64,000 nucleotides of DNA from Synechococcales cyanobacterium. GTDB lineage: Bacteria > Cyanobacteriota > Cyanobacteriia > CAKZMO01. Both the position numbers and the translations under genes were made by a program. Where the stretch lies: the NCBI GenBank assembly GCA_035285585.1, contig JAYKGU010000164.1:55609-119608 (forward strand), written 5' to 3'. Below the pieces are notes generated by a model that had not been told where the DNA came from, searched no databases, and worked only from the letters and a program-made list of their open reading frames with translations. Shown here piece after piece: positions 1-11,900 of this stretch. Every line of letters begins with the position of its first letter. Position 1 is the first letter of the stretch.

Positions 1-513
1 CCACAGATCAGTAACGGCTGCTACCCGCCGGACTCCCCCCCGATGCTGAAATGCTTGATTATAAGCCTGTAGGAAGCACACTGGATCCACATGACCGTGC
101 TTAACGGTTAAAGCTCCGGCGATCGCCTGAGGATTTAGTAGAGGTTCGAGTTCCTCCGCCTCCTGAGGGGTAAGCCGCTGGGGTGGAATTTCACAGTTGG
201 CGTAGGCAGCGGCGATCGCATCCGGATCGCCATCCACAGGTAGAGTTAGGATTAGATCCAGCTCTCGAAATTGAGTTGAGGCCCCAAGTTCATCGCTAAG
301 GTGACGATGGCGCTCAAGTCCTTCCTGGCAGAGCTGTTGCAGTAGGGGCGTGGTTCCTGACCAGTAGGCAATGCCGCCATAGCTATAGCGGGTCGCCCCC
401 TGATTTTGCTGATGTCGGTCAAGCAGCAGCACGGCTGCGCCCGCTTTGGCCAGTTCATAGCTCGCGGCTGCCCCAGTGATACCGTTACCAACCACAATCC
501 AGTCGTATTTCAT
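1..513 (-). CDS. FAD-dependent oxidoreductase (DAO / glycine-oxidase-like), N-terminal part; the 3' end lies beyond the window start
   Basis: Minus-strand ATG at 513..511. Translation MKYDWIVVGNGITGAAASYELAKAGAAVLLLD shows a classic GxGxxG Rossmann dinucleotide-binding motif. The frame stays open to position 1. The track ORF 252..497 is in a different frame and lacks this motif. Confidence 0.7.
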   Translation of the reverse strand, partial: MKYDWIVVGNGITGAAASYELAKAGAAVLLLDRHQQNQGATRYSYGGIAYWSGTTPLLQQLCQEGLERHRHLSDELGASTQFRELDLILTLPVDGDPDAIAAAYANCEIPPQRLTPQEAEELEPLLNPQAIAGALTVKHGHVDPVCFLQAYNQAFQHRGGVRRVAAVTDLW

Positions 514-522
514 GCAGCGTTC

Positions 523-915
523 TTAAGATTCTGAAACGATGGCGTCTGCCTCGATTTCCACGAGCACATCGGGAGTTGCAAGTCGGCTAACCTCAACGAG
601 GGTGTTGGCGGGGCGAATGTGGGCAAAAAATTCATGGTGAGCCTTTGCAAATTGCTCGTAATCATCCATATTGACCACATAGGCGCGAATCCGCACCACA
701 TCGGTCAAATTTGCTCCCACCGCCATCAGGGCAGTCTCAATTTTGCGCAAGATGTAGGCTGACTGTCCGTAGAGATCACCGACATGCTGAATCGCGCCCG
801 CTTCGTCGGCGGCTACTGTCCCGGAGACATAAACAAATTGACCAGCCCGCACTACCCGTGAGTAGCCAACTTTGTCTTCCCAAGGGGTACCACTCGAAGC
901 CGTTTGTCGCTGCAT
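523..915 (-). CDS. ridA: RidA/YjgF/TdcF family reactive-intermediate deaminase
   Basis: 130 aa with typical RidA length and motifs (GYSRVVRAG...VYVSGT...RIRAYV...ATPDVLVEIEA). Confidence 0.8.
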   Translation of the reverse strand: MQRQTASSGTPWEDKVGYSRVVRAGQFVYVSGTVAADEAGAIQHVGDLYGQSAYILRKIETALMAVGANLTDVVRIRAYVVNMDDYEQFAKAHHEFFAHIRPANTLVEVSRLATPDVLVEIEADAIVSES

Positions 916-927
916 GATTGACCTACG

Positions 928-1572
928 TTACAGCATTTGAAATAGCGTCTCAAGGCTCTGATCCTGGGTGAGGTGGCAGGTTTTAAGACCAACCGACTGC
1001 GCCCCCTCAATATGCCGAGCTGTGTCGTCGATAAACAGCGTACGGCTGGCATTCAGGCCATTCTCGGTTAAAACTGTCTGAAAAATACTCGGGTTAGGCT
1101 TGCGATCGCCCATCAGGTGAGAGTAATATGCCTTCTCAAACAGGTCCGAAATCGTCCCCAATGTCATTCCCACGCTTTCTGCAAAAATCTGGTCGAAGGC
1201 CAGCTTATGAATTTCGTTGGTATTGGACAGCAAAAAGATTCGCTTACGTTGCCCCAAGGCAGCAAGCAAATCAAGACGTCGCCTGGGAATATCAAGCAAC
1301 ATCGCGTTCCAGGCGTCGTCAATCTCCTGGTCCGAGCAGCTCACACACAAAAGCTGCCGTAGCCCCTGACGAAATTCGCCAGAGGTCAGGCAGCCCATCT
1401 CGTAAGCATCGAACAGGCCAACCTGATTGTGCTGAGTGTACAGGCTCTCCACCGAGAGGTTGCAGAGCTGGCCTAGAGCTTCAATCGTACTGGCGTAGCG
1501 AATGTTGATAATAACGCCACCCAGATCAAAAATAATCGCGTCAATCGCCTGAAGATCTAAAACGCAAGACAT
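928..1572 (-). CDS. HAD-superfamily hydrolase (haloacid dehalogenase-like phosphatase)
   Basis: N-terminal DxDGV motif (IIFDLGGVI), an internal SNT motif and a C-terminal DD motif typical of HAD subfamily IA. Confidence 0.75.
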   Translation of the reverse strand: MSCVLDLQAIDAIIFDLGGVIINIRYASTIEALGQLCNLSVESLYTQHNQVGLFDAYEMGCLTSGEFRQGLRQLLCVSCSDQEIDDAWNAMLLDIPRRRLDLLAALGQRKRIFLLSNTNEIHKLAFDQIFAESVGMTLGTISDLFEKAYYSHLMGDRKPNPSIFQTVLTENGLNASRTLFIDDTARHIEGAQSVGLKTCHLTQDQSLETLFQML

Positions 1573-1606
1573 GATCGCTGAGCGTTTGGGTGCGCCTTCT
1601 CCTAAC

Positions 1607-1924
1607 CTAGAGCTTCACTTCAATGTCAACCCCTGCAGGAAGATCAAGCTTCATCAGAGCGTCAATAGTTTTAGATGAGGGCTGATAGATATCAATGATG
1701 CGCCGATGGGTGCGTGTCTCAAAATGCTCCCGGGAGTCTTTGTCTACGTGGGGCGATCGCAGCACGCAGTAAATCCGACGTTTGGTAGGCAGCGGAATTG
1801 GACCGATCGCCGTTGCGTTGGTACGATTGGCCGTATCAACAATCTTTTCACACGAAGCGTCTAAAAGGCTACGGTCAAAAGCTTTGAGGCGAATACGAAT
1901 TTTTTGTTGCTGAATAGTTGCCAT
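1607..1924 (-). CDS. rpsJ: 30S ribosomal protein S10
   Basis: 105 aa, [17 protein letters not shown]...[29 protein letters not shown] is canonical S10. It lies downstream of tuf as in the str operon. Confidence 0.95.
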   Translation of the reverse strand: MATIQQQKIRIRLKAFDRSLLDASCEKIVDTANRTNATAIGPIPLPTKRRIYCVLRSPHVDKDSREHFETRTHRRIIDIYQPSSKTIDALMKLDLPAGVDIEVKL

Positions 1925-1987
1925 TAGTGATTGATCTTCATGAATTCACGATTATTGTTTTCCCCCAACCTCCAAAAGACGCTAAGG

Positions 1988-2036
1988 GGCAAAAAACTAT
2001 CAGCAGTTGAAAACAAACTCTCAACTGCTGATAGCT
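1988..2036 (-). terminator. Intrinsic terminator/attenuator between tuf and rpsJ (read on the minus strand)
   Basis: Inverted repeat ATCAGCAGTTGA(G)...TCAACTGCTGAT. In minus-strand orientation it is followed by a T-tract (plus-strand AAAAAA at about 1991-1996). Confidence 0.6.
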
Positions 2037-2053
2037 CAAACTAGATACCCAAC

Positions 2054-3274
2054 CTACTTGATGATCTTAGACACAACGCCTGCGCCGATCGTCCGACCAC
2101 CTTCACGAATTGCGAAGCGCATTCCCTGCTCAATAGCGACGGCGTTGATTAACTCAACCGTCATCTTGATGCGGTCGCCCGGCATCACCATTTCCACGTT
2201 CTCGCCCGCATCAGAGGTGTAAGCTTTGATCGTGCCAGTTACATCCGTTGTTCGGATGAAGAACTGGGGCCGGTATCCTGCGAAGAAGGGTGTATGGCGT
2301 CCACCTTCCTCCTTCTTCAGGACGTACACTTCAGACTCGAATTCGGTGTGAGGCGTAATGGAACCAGGCTTGGCAATTACCATGCCGCGCTCGATGTCTT
2401 CCTTTTTGAAGCCTCGGAGCAGAAGTCCGGCATTATCACCGGCCATCCCTTCGTCCAAGCTCTTCCGGAACATCTCAATCCCGGTCACCGTGGTCTTGCG
2501 GGTATCGCGAAGGCCAACAATCTCGACCTCCTCACCAACTTTCACCTTGCCACGCTCGATCCGTCCAGTGGCCACCGTTCCCCGACCGGTAATAGTGAAG
2601 ACGTCCTCAACCGCCATCAGGAAAGGCTTATCCACATCCCGCTCAGGGGTGGGAATGTATTCGTCAACGGTTTCCATGAGGTCGTAAATCTTTTGAACCC
2701 AAGGATCATCTACCTTACCCGCATCAATGGCCTCAACCGCCATTAGCGCAGAACCGGTGGTGATGGGGATATCGTCTCCCGGAAATTCGTAGTCGCTCAG
2801 CAACTCCCGAACTTCTAGCTCAACCAGCTCGAGCAGTTCTTCGTCATCAACCTGATCTTGCTTGTTCAGGAAAACCACCAGGTTAGGCACGTTTACCTGA
2901 CGGGCCAGGAGGATATGCTCGCGGGTCTGGGGCATGGGGCCATCAGCCGCCGAAACAACGAGGATAGCGCCATCCATCTGAGCTGCGCCCGTGATCATGT
3001 TTTTCACGTAGTCAGCGTGACCGGGGCAATCGACGTGGGCGTAGTGGCGGCTTGCGGTTTCGTATTCTACGTGGGCCGTGTTGATCGTGATCCCACGAGC
3101 CTTCTCCTCAGGAGCGGCATCAATCTCGTCGTACTTACGAGCTTTGATATTCTTGTCCTTGGCAGCCAGTGCCATCGTAATGGCGGCAGTCAAAGTGGTC
3201 TTACCGTGGTCAACGTGACCAATGGTGCCGATGTTAACGTGTGGTTTGTTTCTTTCAAACTTTTCGCGTGCCAT
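2054..3274 (-). CDS. tuf: Elongation factor Tu
   Basis: 406 aa, [33 protein letters not shown]... with full-length EF-Tu G-domain motifs. Confidence 0.97.
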   Translation of the reverse strand: MAREKFERNKPHVNIGTIGHVDHGKTTLTAAITMALAAKDKNIKARKYDEIDAAPEEKARGITINTAHVEYETASRHYAHVDCPGHADYVKNMITGAAQMDGAILVVSAADGPMPQTREHILLARQVNVPNLVVFLNKQDQVDDEELLELVELEVRELLSDYEFPGDDIPITTGSALMAVEAIDAGKVDDPWVQKIYDLMETVDEYIPTPERDVDKPFLMAVEDVFTITGRGTVATGRIERGKVKVGEEVEIVGLRDTRKTTVTGIEMFRKSLDEGMAGDNAGLLLRGFKKEDIERGMVIAKPGSITPHTEFESEVYVLKKEEGGRHTPFFAGYRPQFFIRTTDVTGTIKAYTSDAGENVEMVMPGDRIKMTVELINAVAIEQGMRFAIREGGRTIGAGVVSKIIK

Positions 3275-3301
3275 GAGTTACGTGTCCTTATCTCTGACTA
3301 A

Positions 3302-5377
3302 TTATGCGTTCCCTTTGTTTTTAGCGATGATTGCCTCCGCAACATTGCGAGGCACCTCATCATAGTTACTGAACTCCATGGAAAAGATGCCTCGACCCTG
3401 CGTTTTAGACCGAATGTCTGTAGCATAGCCAAACATCTCTGCCAATGGCACCTTAGCCGTCACCTTGGCAATACCTTCCTCCGAGCCCATACCCTCAATT
3501 TGACCTCGACGGGAGTTTAAGTCTCCCATCACGTCACCTAAAAACTCCTCAGGAACTTCGACTTCAACCTTCATTGAGGGTTCTAGAAGAACGGGAGCAG
3601 CCTTCATTACGGCAGTCTTAATTGCCATTGAACCAGCAATCTTAAAAGCCATCTCTGAGGAGTCTACCTCATGATATGACCCATCTACCAGGGTCACCTT
3701 CAAGTCAATCACCGGATAGCCTGCCAGGATACCCGATTCGCAGGCTTCCTTCATACCACTTTCCGCAGGGGAAACGTACTCCTTAGGGATAGAACCACCG
3801 ACAATTTTGGAAACGAATTCGAAGCCACTTCCAGGCTCGCCCGGTTCAACTTCAATGACGACGTGTCCATACTGTCCTTTCCCACCGCTCTGGCGGATGA
3901 ACTTGCCCTCGGCATTAGTTGCTTTACGAATCGTTTCGCGATAAGCAACTTGAGGTGCGCCGATATTTGCTTCAACCTTAAATTCCCGCAACATTCGGTC
4001 AACGAGAATTTCCAGGTGAAGCTCCCCCATACCTGCAATCACCGTTTGATTGGTTTCCGAATCGGTGCTCACCCGAAAAGTCGGGTCTTCATCCGATAAC
4101 GACTGCAGCGCTTTTGACAGCTTTTCCATATCCTGCTTTGTCTTCGGCTCGATCGCAACGGAAATTACTGGCTCCGGAACGTAGAGAGATTCGAGGATCA
4201 CGGGGGCGTTCTGGGCACAGAGGGTATCCCCTGTAGTGGTAGTTTTCAGCCCCAATACCGCACCGAGATCTCCTGCCCGCAGCTCATCTACTTCGATGCG
4301 CTCATCTGCCTTCAAGATGATCAGGCGAGAAATTCGCTCTTTGTCACTTTTTGTGGAATTGAGAACGTAACTTCCCTTCTCCAACACCCCTGAGTAAACT
4401 CGGATAAAAGTCAGGCGTCCGTACGGATCAGCCATTACCTTGAAAGCCAGTGCCGAGAAGGGCACATCATCAGATGCAGGGCGCGTTACCTCAGTGCCAT
4501 CAGGTAAAGTACCTTGAATGGCAGGAACCTCCGGTGGGGCAGGCAAATAATCAACAACAGCGTCGAGCAAGAGCTGTACACCCTTATTCTTAAAGGCAGA
4601 ACCGCAAAGCATGGGAACCATTGTGCCCTGGATAGTGGCTTGGCGAATGCCTGAGCGAATCTCTTCAGCGGTTAACTCTTCTCCCTCCAGGTATTTTTCG
4701 GTTAGAGTATCGTTGGTTTCGGCAACCGCTTCTACGAGATTGGCCCGGTACTCCTCGGCTAGTTCGCGCACTTCCTCTGGGATTTCGGTATCTTCCATAT
4801 CGACACCAAGATCATCGTTGTAAATACGCGCGCGCATCCCGACCAAGTCAATCACACCCCTAAAGCCATCTTCTGCACCGATGGGGATTTGAATCGGAAC
4901 AGCGTTGGCCCGGAGGCGATCGCGTATCTGCTCGTAAACTTTAAAGAAGTTCGCGCCTGTGCGATCCATTTTGTTAACGAAGGCAATACGGGGTACCCGA
5001 TACCGGTCGGCCTGTCGCCAGACCGTTTCGGACTGGGGCTGCACCCCGCCAACCGAGCAAAAGACTGCGATAACACCATCCAGCACACGCATAGAGCGCT
5101 CGACCTCGATGGTGAAATCTACGTGACCTGGCGTATCAATAATATTGATGCGGTGATCGTTCCAATTGGTGCTGATTGCAGCAGCAGTAATCGTAATACC
5201 CCGCTCCCGCTCCTGCGCCATCCAATCGGTTACTGCCGTACCCTCATGGACCTCTCCGATTTTGTGAACCACACCGGAATAGAAGAGAATTCGCTCTGTT
5301 GTTGTTGTCTTGCCCGCATCAATGTGTGCAGCAATTCCGATGTTGCGTACCCGTTCAAGCGGGATATTACGAACCAC
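3302..5377 (-). CDS. fusA: Elongation factor G
   Basis: 691 aa, [20 protein letters not shown]... canonical EF-G. Its position between rpsG and tuf matches the str operon. Confidence 0.97.
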   Translation of the reverse strand: MVRNIPLERVRNIGIAAHIDAGKTTTTERILFYSGVVHKIGEVHEGTAVTDWMAQERERGITITAAAISTNWNDHRINIIDTPGHVDFTIEVERSMRVLDGVIAVFCSVGGVQPQSETVWRQADRYRVPRIAFVNKMDRTGANFFKVYEQIRDRLRANAVPIQIPIGAEDGFRGVIDLVGMRARIYNDDLGVDMEDTEIPEEVRELAEEYRANLVEAVAETNDTLTEKYLEGEELTAEEIRSGIRQATIQGTMVPMLCGSAFKNKGVQLLLDAVVDYLPAPPEVPAIQGTLPDGTEVTRPASDDVPFSALAFKVMADPYGRLTFIRVYSGVLEKGSYVLNSTKSDKERISRLIILKADERIEVDELRAGDLGAVLGLKTTTTGDTLCAQNAPVILESLYVPEPVISVAIEPKTKQDMEKLSKALQSLSDEDPTFRVSTDSETNQTVIAGMGELHLEILVDRMLREFKVEANIGAPQVAYRETIRKATNAEGKFIRQSGGKGQYGHVVIEVEPGEPGSGFEFVSKIVGGSIPKEYVSPAESGMKEACESGILAGYPVIDLKVTLVDGSYHEVDSSEMAFKIAGSMAIKTAVMKAAPVLLEPSMKVEVEVPEEFLGDVMGDLNSRRGQIEGMGSEEGIAKVTAKVPLAEMFGYATDIRSKTQGRGIFSMEFSNYDEVPRNVAEAIIAKNKGNA

Positions 5378-5503
5378 AGCTACCTCCTTAGCTTCTGTCG
5401 CAACTCGATTAACAGTTGTGACACACCTGTTAAGATTTTATACTTTTAAACCTTGACCAGGAGCAGGATCTCATCAAAAAACAACATAGAAGTCGCGATC
5501 GCC

Positions 5504-5974
5504 CTAGTAGCGGTAGTGGGCAAAAGCTTTATTCGCTTCCGCCATTCGGTGAGTTTCCTCTCGTTTGCGAATTGCGCTACCCGTTTCATTGGCGGCATCC
5601 ATCAGTTCGTTGGCCAGCTTCATGGCCATCGTGCGACCGCTTCGCTGGCGAGAAAACTGAATGAGCCAGCGGAGCGCCAGTGCAACACCCCGATCGGAGC
5701 GCACCTCCATTGGGACCTGATAAGTAGCACCGCCGACTCGTCGCGCCTTGACCTCTACAAGAGGCGTGACGTTCCGCACAGCTCGCTCAAAAGTTTCTAG
5801 CGGATCACCACCAGTCCTCTCTTCAATGATCTGGAATGAATCGTAGATAATCCGATAGGCAAGTGATTTTTTCCCACTTTCCATGATCCGGCTAACCATC
5901 ATGCTAACCAGGCGGCTGTTGTATTTGGAGTCTGGATGGATAGGGCGCTTCTGAACTGCTGTACGACGCGACAT
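5504..5974 (-). CDS. rpsG: 30S ribosomal protein S7
   Basis: 156 aa with the conserved S7 sequence ([18 protein letters not shown]...). Confidence 0.95.
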   Translation of the reverse strand: MSRRTAVQKRPIHPDSKYNSRLVSMMVSRIMESGKKSLAYRIIYDSFQIIEERTGGDPLETFERAVRNVTPLVEVKARRVGGATYQVPMEVRSDRGVALALRWLIQFSRQRSGRTMAMKLANELMDAANETGSAIRKREETHRMAEANKAFAHYRY

Positions 5975-6036
5975 GATTGATTGAAAAACCTTAAGTGGAT
6001 TCTAGTCTAATTAAAGATAACAGTTTGGCGAGGAAA

Positions 6037-6411
6037 TCAGCTCTTAGGGCGTTTTGCACCGTACTTAGACCGCCCTTGGCGACGATCTTTAACACCGGCC
6101 GTATCCAATGTCCCACGAATAATGTGGTAACGAACCCCGGGCAAATCCTTAACCCGACCGCCTCGAATCATTACGACAGAGTGCTCCTGGAGGTTATGAC
6201 CGATTCCTGGAATATAGGCCGTAACCTCAAAGCCAGACGTAAGTCGGACCCGAGCAACCTTCCGAAGTGCGGAGTTCGGTTTTTTGGGCGTTGTGGTGTA
6301 AACCCGCGTACACACACCACGGCGCTGAGGACAACTCTTCAGCGCTGGGGACTTCGTTTTCTGCTTTAATTTTTGTCGCTCACTTCGAATAAGCTGCTGG
6401 ATGGTGGGCAT
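6037..6411 (-). CDS. rpsL: 30S ribosomal protein S12
   Basis: 124 aa, MPTIQQLIR...[39 protein letters not shown] canonical S12. Confidence 0.97.
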   Translation of the reverse strand: MPTIQQLIRSERQKLKQKTKSPALKSCPQRRGVCTRVYTTTPKKPNSALRKVARVRLTSGFEVTAYIPGIGHNLQEHSVVMIRGGRVKDLPGVRYHIIRGTLDTAGVKDRRQGRSKYGAKRPKS

Positions 6412-6517
6412 GGGTATTCGCTTGGCTGCTCGTGTTCAACATTCGTTTTCAACAGTCTCCTATGGTACCACCGAATCCGTTAAGTCGTCAAATAAAAATT
6501 AGCTAAGTGGAACTGCC

Positions 6518-6575
6518 TTGAAAAACGAAGGTTAGAAAACCGGGTGAGCGCCTCGGTTTTCTAACCTGAATTTAA
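6518..6575. repeat. Palindromic terminator-like repeat element, copy 1 (GGTTAGAAAACCGGG...CGGTTTTCTAACC)
   Basis: About 13-bp perfect stem flanked by TTGAAAAACGAAG on one side and TGAATTTAAATG on the other. The same element recurs at 17859-17938 (inverted orientation) and as a half copy at 57509-57540. Read on the minus strand it ends in a T-tract, downstream of the hesB/iscA-like gene. Confidence 0.7.
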
Positions 6576-6604
6576 ATGCGCTGACCTATTGTCAGGAAAT
6601 GCTG

Positions 6605-6967
6605 CTAAGGACTGATGCTGGCGTCATCTAAATCTGGTGAGTCGATCGAAAACGAATTGCCGCAGCCGCAGGTGGATTGGGCCTGGGGGTTGTGAAACCG
6701 AAATCCACCTCCCATTAAATCTTCGGAGTAGTCAATTGTGACATCTGTGAGATAGGCCTGATGTGCTTTGGCGATCACTAACTGGAGAGGCCCAATCAGG
6801 ACGACTTGATCGTCGTCCGTCGTCGAGGCATTAAACGACAGCGTGTAGTGAACTGTTTCGCATCCTCCAGGCGCGACCCCAAATCGAACATTTACAGTAG
6901 GTGAGACAGCCTGCTTTGACTGCAGACGGCTCATTTCTTGAATGGCGGCATGGGTTACCTGAATCAT
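6605..6967 (-). CDS. HesB/IscA-family Fe-S cluster assembly accessory protein
   Basis: 120 aa with the C-terminal CGCGNSF motif characteristic of IscA/HesB A-type carriers. Confidence 0.8.
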   Translation of the reverse strand: MIQVTHAAIQEMSRLQSKQAVSPTVNVRFGVAPGGCETVHYTLSFNASTTDDDQVVLIGPLQLVIAKAHQAYLTDVTIDYSEDLMGGGFRFHNPQAQSTCGCGNSFSIDSPDLDDASISP

Positions 6968-7104
6968 TAAGCGAGGGTAGGTCTCAGGGCTAATTCGTCC
7001 TGGGCATAAATTAAAAACCTGCTTTAGCAGTAAACTAAAGCAGGTTCAAATTTTACAACGACTGATGTTGAAAAGCCTGATAAGGCTCATTATTTTGAAA
7101 TAAT

Positions 7105-7533
7105 TTATTTCTGCCCGTCAGCTTTGGCGCGGGAGTAATCATCCTGGAAACGAATGATGTCATCTTCACCCAGATACTCACCGTTTTGTACCTCGATTAA
7201 CACGAGAGGAATGACGCCAGGATTTTCGAGGCGGTGGCTGGTGCAGGGTGGTACGTAGGTGGACTGGTTGCAGCCGAGAAGGGTTTCGGACTCGCCACAT
7301 ACAACCCGTGCGGTTCCAGAGACAACAATCCAGTGTTCACTCCGGTGGTGGTGCATTTGCAGGCTCAGGCGATGCCCCGGCTTAACCTCAATCCGCTTAA
7401 TTTTGTAGCCCTTGCCCTCTTCGAGTACCGTAAACGATCCCCAGGGGCGCAATTCTGTTGCTGCAACTCCTTTAGCACTTGGGGCAGAAGGCGCGCTTGT
7501 TGGAGCTTGAATGACTTCTTTAGCTTGAACCAT
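7105..7533 (-). CDS. Cupin domain protein (mannose-6-phosphate isomerase type II C-terminal cupin-like)
   Basis: WGSF...YKIKRIEVKPGHRLSLQMHHHRSEHWIVVSGTA matches the two-His cupin motif of type II PMI/ManC C-terminal domains. Confidence 0.65.
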   Translation of the reverse strand: MVQAKEVIQAPTSAPSAPSAKGVAATELRPWGSFTVLEEGKGYKIKRIEVKPGHRLSLQMHHHRSEHWIVVSGTARVVCGESETLLGCNQSTYVPPCTSHRLENPGVIPLVLIEVQNGEYLGEDDIIRFQDDYSRAKADGQK

Positions 7534-8955
7534 GGCGAATTCTCCTTAATGTAAAGTTAATGTGAAGTAAAGATAAGGCGATCGTTAACAGCGGTGGTGC
7601 CGGGTACTAGCTTCGGGAACAAAAACTCAATTGCTGAAGCAGCCCTTTGCATAGGTATGACTGGTGGGAGGTAGGACACAAACCCGTGTCGGTTTCAGAT
7701 ACTAATTTTTATGGGTGAGAAGTTTATGGGTGAGAAGCAGGCACAGATGGCCACGGAGCACACAACAGTAGGTCGCCGTAACAATTGATACCTGCAGCTC
7801 TGGCGGTTGAATGACTTAAGCTCGATTGAATCAGGAGCAAGCGAAACCGACACAGGAATCAGCCCGCCAGTGATCATAGCGGTGGAGCAATTGTCCACCA
7901 CGATAACAGACCACCCCATTACGCTGTCATCCGAAATCCCCTGTAACACTCAATCTTGACAGTTTCTTTATGCACAGCTTAGTGTTCCCTAATCTTTTGC
8001 CAAGTTTTGACACCCCACCCCTAAGTAATTAGCCCAAAATCAATGGAGCTATCATGTGGAGCACCCCAACATAGCTTCGCTTACTTATGGCTACCTACTT
8101 ATCACATTATTCGACGGTCAATTCACGGTGACCTGTTCCCTACAGCTTTGCCGATTACCTAGAAGCTGTCTACTCACCTGGGATGACTTTTGAAACGACT
8201 CGAACGAAAAAGTAGGCACCTTGATACATACGACTTGTGGCGTGGACAGCAGCGCTAAATTAGAGCGATTCCGGATGGATACAGATCTCAGATTCAGATT
8301 ATCCGGATGCAGAGCTTGGAGATGTTTCCAGGGGGTCATCCCTTCGCTCCGGTCGTTCCACCACGCGGACGCAGCAAGTATCAAGAAACAATGACGCTGA
8401 TATCAATATTTAGTTTCATAATGGGAACATCTGGTCTGCTGAGTGTTCATCTGAAAACTCGACCGAGTTTTGGGAATCCCTAACCCAGATGGAGTTCTCG
8501 GATAGGGTTTAAGGGGAAATGCTCATGTAGCAGTGCCAGTAGTCGGTTGTGCCCGTGGGGTCGTGAGGCGAGAAACTTCGCTGGTCTGGGTGCTGAGGGC
8601 AAATAGTAGGCTGTAATCTCCCTGGGCGATCGCCATCATCAACAATCCGGATAGCCTGACAGATCATCTGGTGGCGATCGCCACCGCCACTGCCATGAAT
8701 GAAGGGATTGCCAAGCATCGCTGCTTTTCTATAAGATCGCTGAACTTGCTCGCACCTTGTCACTCAATTGCAACGAATTGTAATGAGGTTCGAGTTGCCC
8801 ATCAGTGCTAATTGAGTCTGACCTGGGGATCAGGAAAATTGCGCAGCCTCAATCCACCTTGGTATGGGACTTACTCTGCGTAGGGCTTACGCTGTTCCGG
8901 AAACTGACATACTGAAACATCTGCAACAAGAAGGGCCGTCATCTAGATAGGTAAT

Positions 8956-11900
8956 ATGAGCGTGAATCATCCAAATCGAGTTTACAGCCAGGGTTCACCG
9001 GATGGGTTTGCTGGACAGCGATGGCTGGTAGAAGAGCGGGATGCCTGTGGAGTTGGCTTTATCGCTGATCAGCAGGGACGGCCCTCGCGATCGCTCCTGG
9101 ACAAAGCACTGGCGGCCCTGACCTGCCTGGAGCACCGGGGAGGCTGCAGCGCCGACCAGGATTCGGGTGACGGGGCCGGGCTGCTGGCGGCTATTCCCTG
9201 GGAAATTCTGCGCCAGTGGGCTGCATCCCAGGGCCAGTCTCTGTCGCCCGATGACCGCTTAGCAGTTGGCATGGTGTTTCTGCCTCAGAATGAGGAGGCA
9301 GCGGCGTTCGCTCGCCAAGCGATCGAGCAGGGCGTTATCGAAGCGGGCTTTGCCACGGTTGGCTGGCGAGCGGTACCCGTCAATCCTGCTGTTTTGGGAC
9401 GGCAGGCGCAGGAGAACCAGCCCACGATTGAGCAGATCATTGTCAAAGCGGCTGCTCCCCCAGTGCTGGCTCTGGGAGATGATGACTTTGAGCGGGATCT
9501 GTATGTGCTGCGCCGCCGCATCGGCCACGCGGTGCTGGCCATCATGGCCAGTCTCGACGAGGAAACTGCCGAATCCCTGCGCGACCTCTACTTCTGCTCC
9601 TTCTCCTCCCGCACAATCGTCTACAAGGGCATGGTGCGTTCGGCGGTGCTGGGCGAGTTTTACCTGGATCTGAAGAATCCGGATTACGTCAGCCCCTTCG
9701 CCTTCTACCATCGCCGCTTCAGCACCAACACCATGCCCCGCTGGCCCCTGGCTCAGCCCATGCGGCTGTTGGGGCACAATGGTGAAATTAACACTCTGCT
9801 GGGCAACATCAACTGGATGATGGCGCGGGAAGCCGATCTGGCCCATCCGGTGTGGGGCGATCGCTTCGAAGTCCTTAAACCCGTTGTCAATGCCGAAAAC
9901 AGCGACTCGGCCAACCTGGATAACGTGCTTGAGCTGCTGGTGCGATCGGGCCGCAGTCCCCTGGAAGCGCTAATGATGATGGTGCCGGAGGCGTATCAGA
10001 ACCAGCCGGATCTGGCCGATCATCCGGAAATCGTAGACTTTTACGAATACTTCAGCGGCATTCAAGAACCGTGGGACGGGCCAGCCCTGCTGGTGTTCTG
10101 TGACGGCAAGACAGTTGGCGCAGCCCTGGATCGCAATGGCCTGCGTCCCGCCCGTTACTGCATTACCCGCGATGGCTGCGTTGTCGTTGCGTCGGAAGCT
10201 GGGGTGGTGCCTTTAGCGGAGGAGGAAATTGTGGAGAAGGGACGGCTGGGGCCGGGGCAGGCGATCGCCGTTGACCTGGAATCCCACGAAGTCCTGAAGA
10301 ACTGGGAAATTAAGCAGCGGGTTGCCGGTGCCCAGCCCTATGGCCAGTGGCTCCAGGAAAATCGCCGGGATCTGGCTCTCCAGCCCTTTAAGGCAAATCC
10401 GAACTTAGAGGAAACGGCCCTGCTGCGGCAGCAGGCAGCCTTTGGCTACACCACCGAAGATGTGGAGATGATCATTGAGGCGATGGCGGCCCAGGGCAAA
10501 GAACCCACCTTCTGCATGGGAGACGATACGCCCCTGGCCGTGCTGTCGGAAAAACCTCGTTTACTCTACGACTACTTCAAGCAGCGATTTGCCCAGGTTA
10601 CCAACCCCCCCATCGACCCCCTGCGGGAAAGCCTGGTGATGTCTCTCTCGATGCAGCTCGGTGAGCGGGGCAATCTGCTGGAGGAGCGCCCCGAGTATGC
10701 CCGACTGCTCAAGCTAGAGTCGCCCATTCTCAACGATGCCGAATTAGCTGAAATTCGAGATTCAGAATTTCAAACCCAGGATTTGTCCACTCTCTATCTC
10801 GTAGAGCACGGCCCGGCGGGTTTGCAGCAAGCCGTTGAGCAGGTTTGTCAGCAGGCGACGGAGGCGGTTCAGGCAGGGGCGAAGGTGCTGGTTTTGAGCG
10901 ATCGCCTCTGTCCCAACGGCACCCCCGATGGCACCAGCGAGCAGTACACCTACATCCCCCCCCTGCTGATTGTCGGCGCGGTTCATCACCACCTGATCCG
11001 TCAGGGACTGCGCATGAAGGCGTCCCTCGTAGTGGACACGGCCCAGTGCTGGAGCACCCACCACTTTGCCTGCTTGATCGGCTATGGGGCCAGTGCGGTC
11101 TGCCCCTACCTGGCCTGGGAAACGGTGCGTCACTGGTGGATGAGTCCCAAGACCCAGACCCTGATGGAGAAAGGGCGGATTGATTCGCTAACGGTGGAAG
11201 AGGCCCAGCAGAACTATCGCAAAGCCGTCGAGGTGGGGCTGCTGAAGATTCTTTCCAAGATGGGCATTTCGCTGCTCTCCAGCTACCACGGGGCGCAGAT
11301 CTTTGAAGCCATTGGCATCGGTGGCGATCTGCTCGACCTGGCCTTCCGGGGCACCACGTCCCGCATTGGTGGTCTAACGGTGACGGAGCTGGCCCAGGAG
11401 GTCAGCGCCATCCATCGGCGGGCTTTCCCCGAGCTGACGGCGAAGAAGCTGCAAAACTTTGGCTTCATCCAGTACCGTCCTGGAGGCGAGTATCACATGA
11501 ACAGTCCGGAGATGGCCAAGGCCCTCCACAAAGCCGTTGCTGGAAAGGACTACGACCACTACGAGGTCTACCAGACCCACATCGCCCAGCGACCGATTAC
11601 AGCGCTGCGGGACTTGCTGGACTTCCAGAGCGATCGCCCTTCCATCCCCCTCGAAGAAGTTGAACCCGTGGAGGCGATCGTCAGCCGCTTCTGCACTGGG
11701 GGCATGTCCCTGGGGGCGCTCTCCCGCGAGGCCCACGAAACCCTGGCGGTGGCCATGAACCGCATCGGCGGCAAGTCCAATTCCGGGGAAGGCGGCGAAG
11801 ACCCCACCCGCTACCAGGTGCTGGCGGATGTGGACGAAAATGGCCACTCGCCGCTGATGCCCCACCTCCAGGGTCTGCGGAATGGGGATACGGCCAGCTC

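Noticed and set aside
252-497. Track ORF of 81 aa on the minus strand
   Set aside because: A different frame of the same region gives a clean FAD Rossmann N-terminus (GxGxxG) from ATG 513, so that frame is the real gene.
7695-8763. Three short minus-strand ORFs (84-88 aa) in the gltS upstream region
   Set aside because: No start context and no motifs, with odd composition (Cys/Ser-rich). Treated as non-coding, and the region is flagged instead as a candidate regulatory/sRNA locus.
8800-8955. NtcA box upstream of gltS
   Set aside because: Only a GTA-N7-TAC (GTATGGGACTTAC) was seen, not the canonical N8 spacing. Too weak to call.
9259-9846. 195-aa minus-strand ORF
   Set aside because: Antisense inside gltS.
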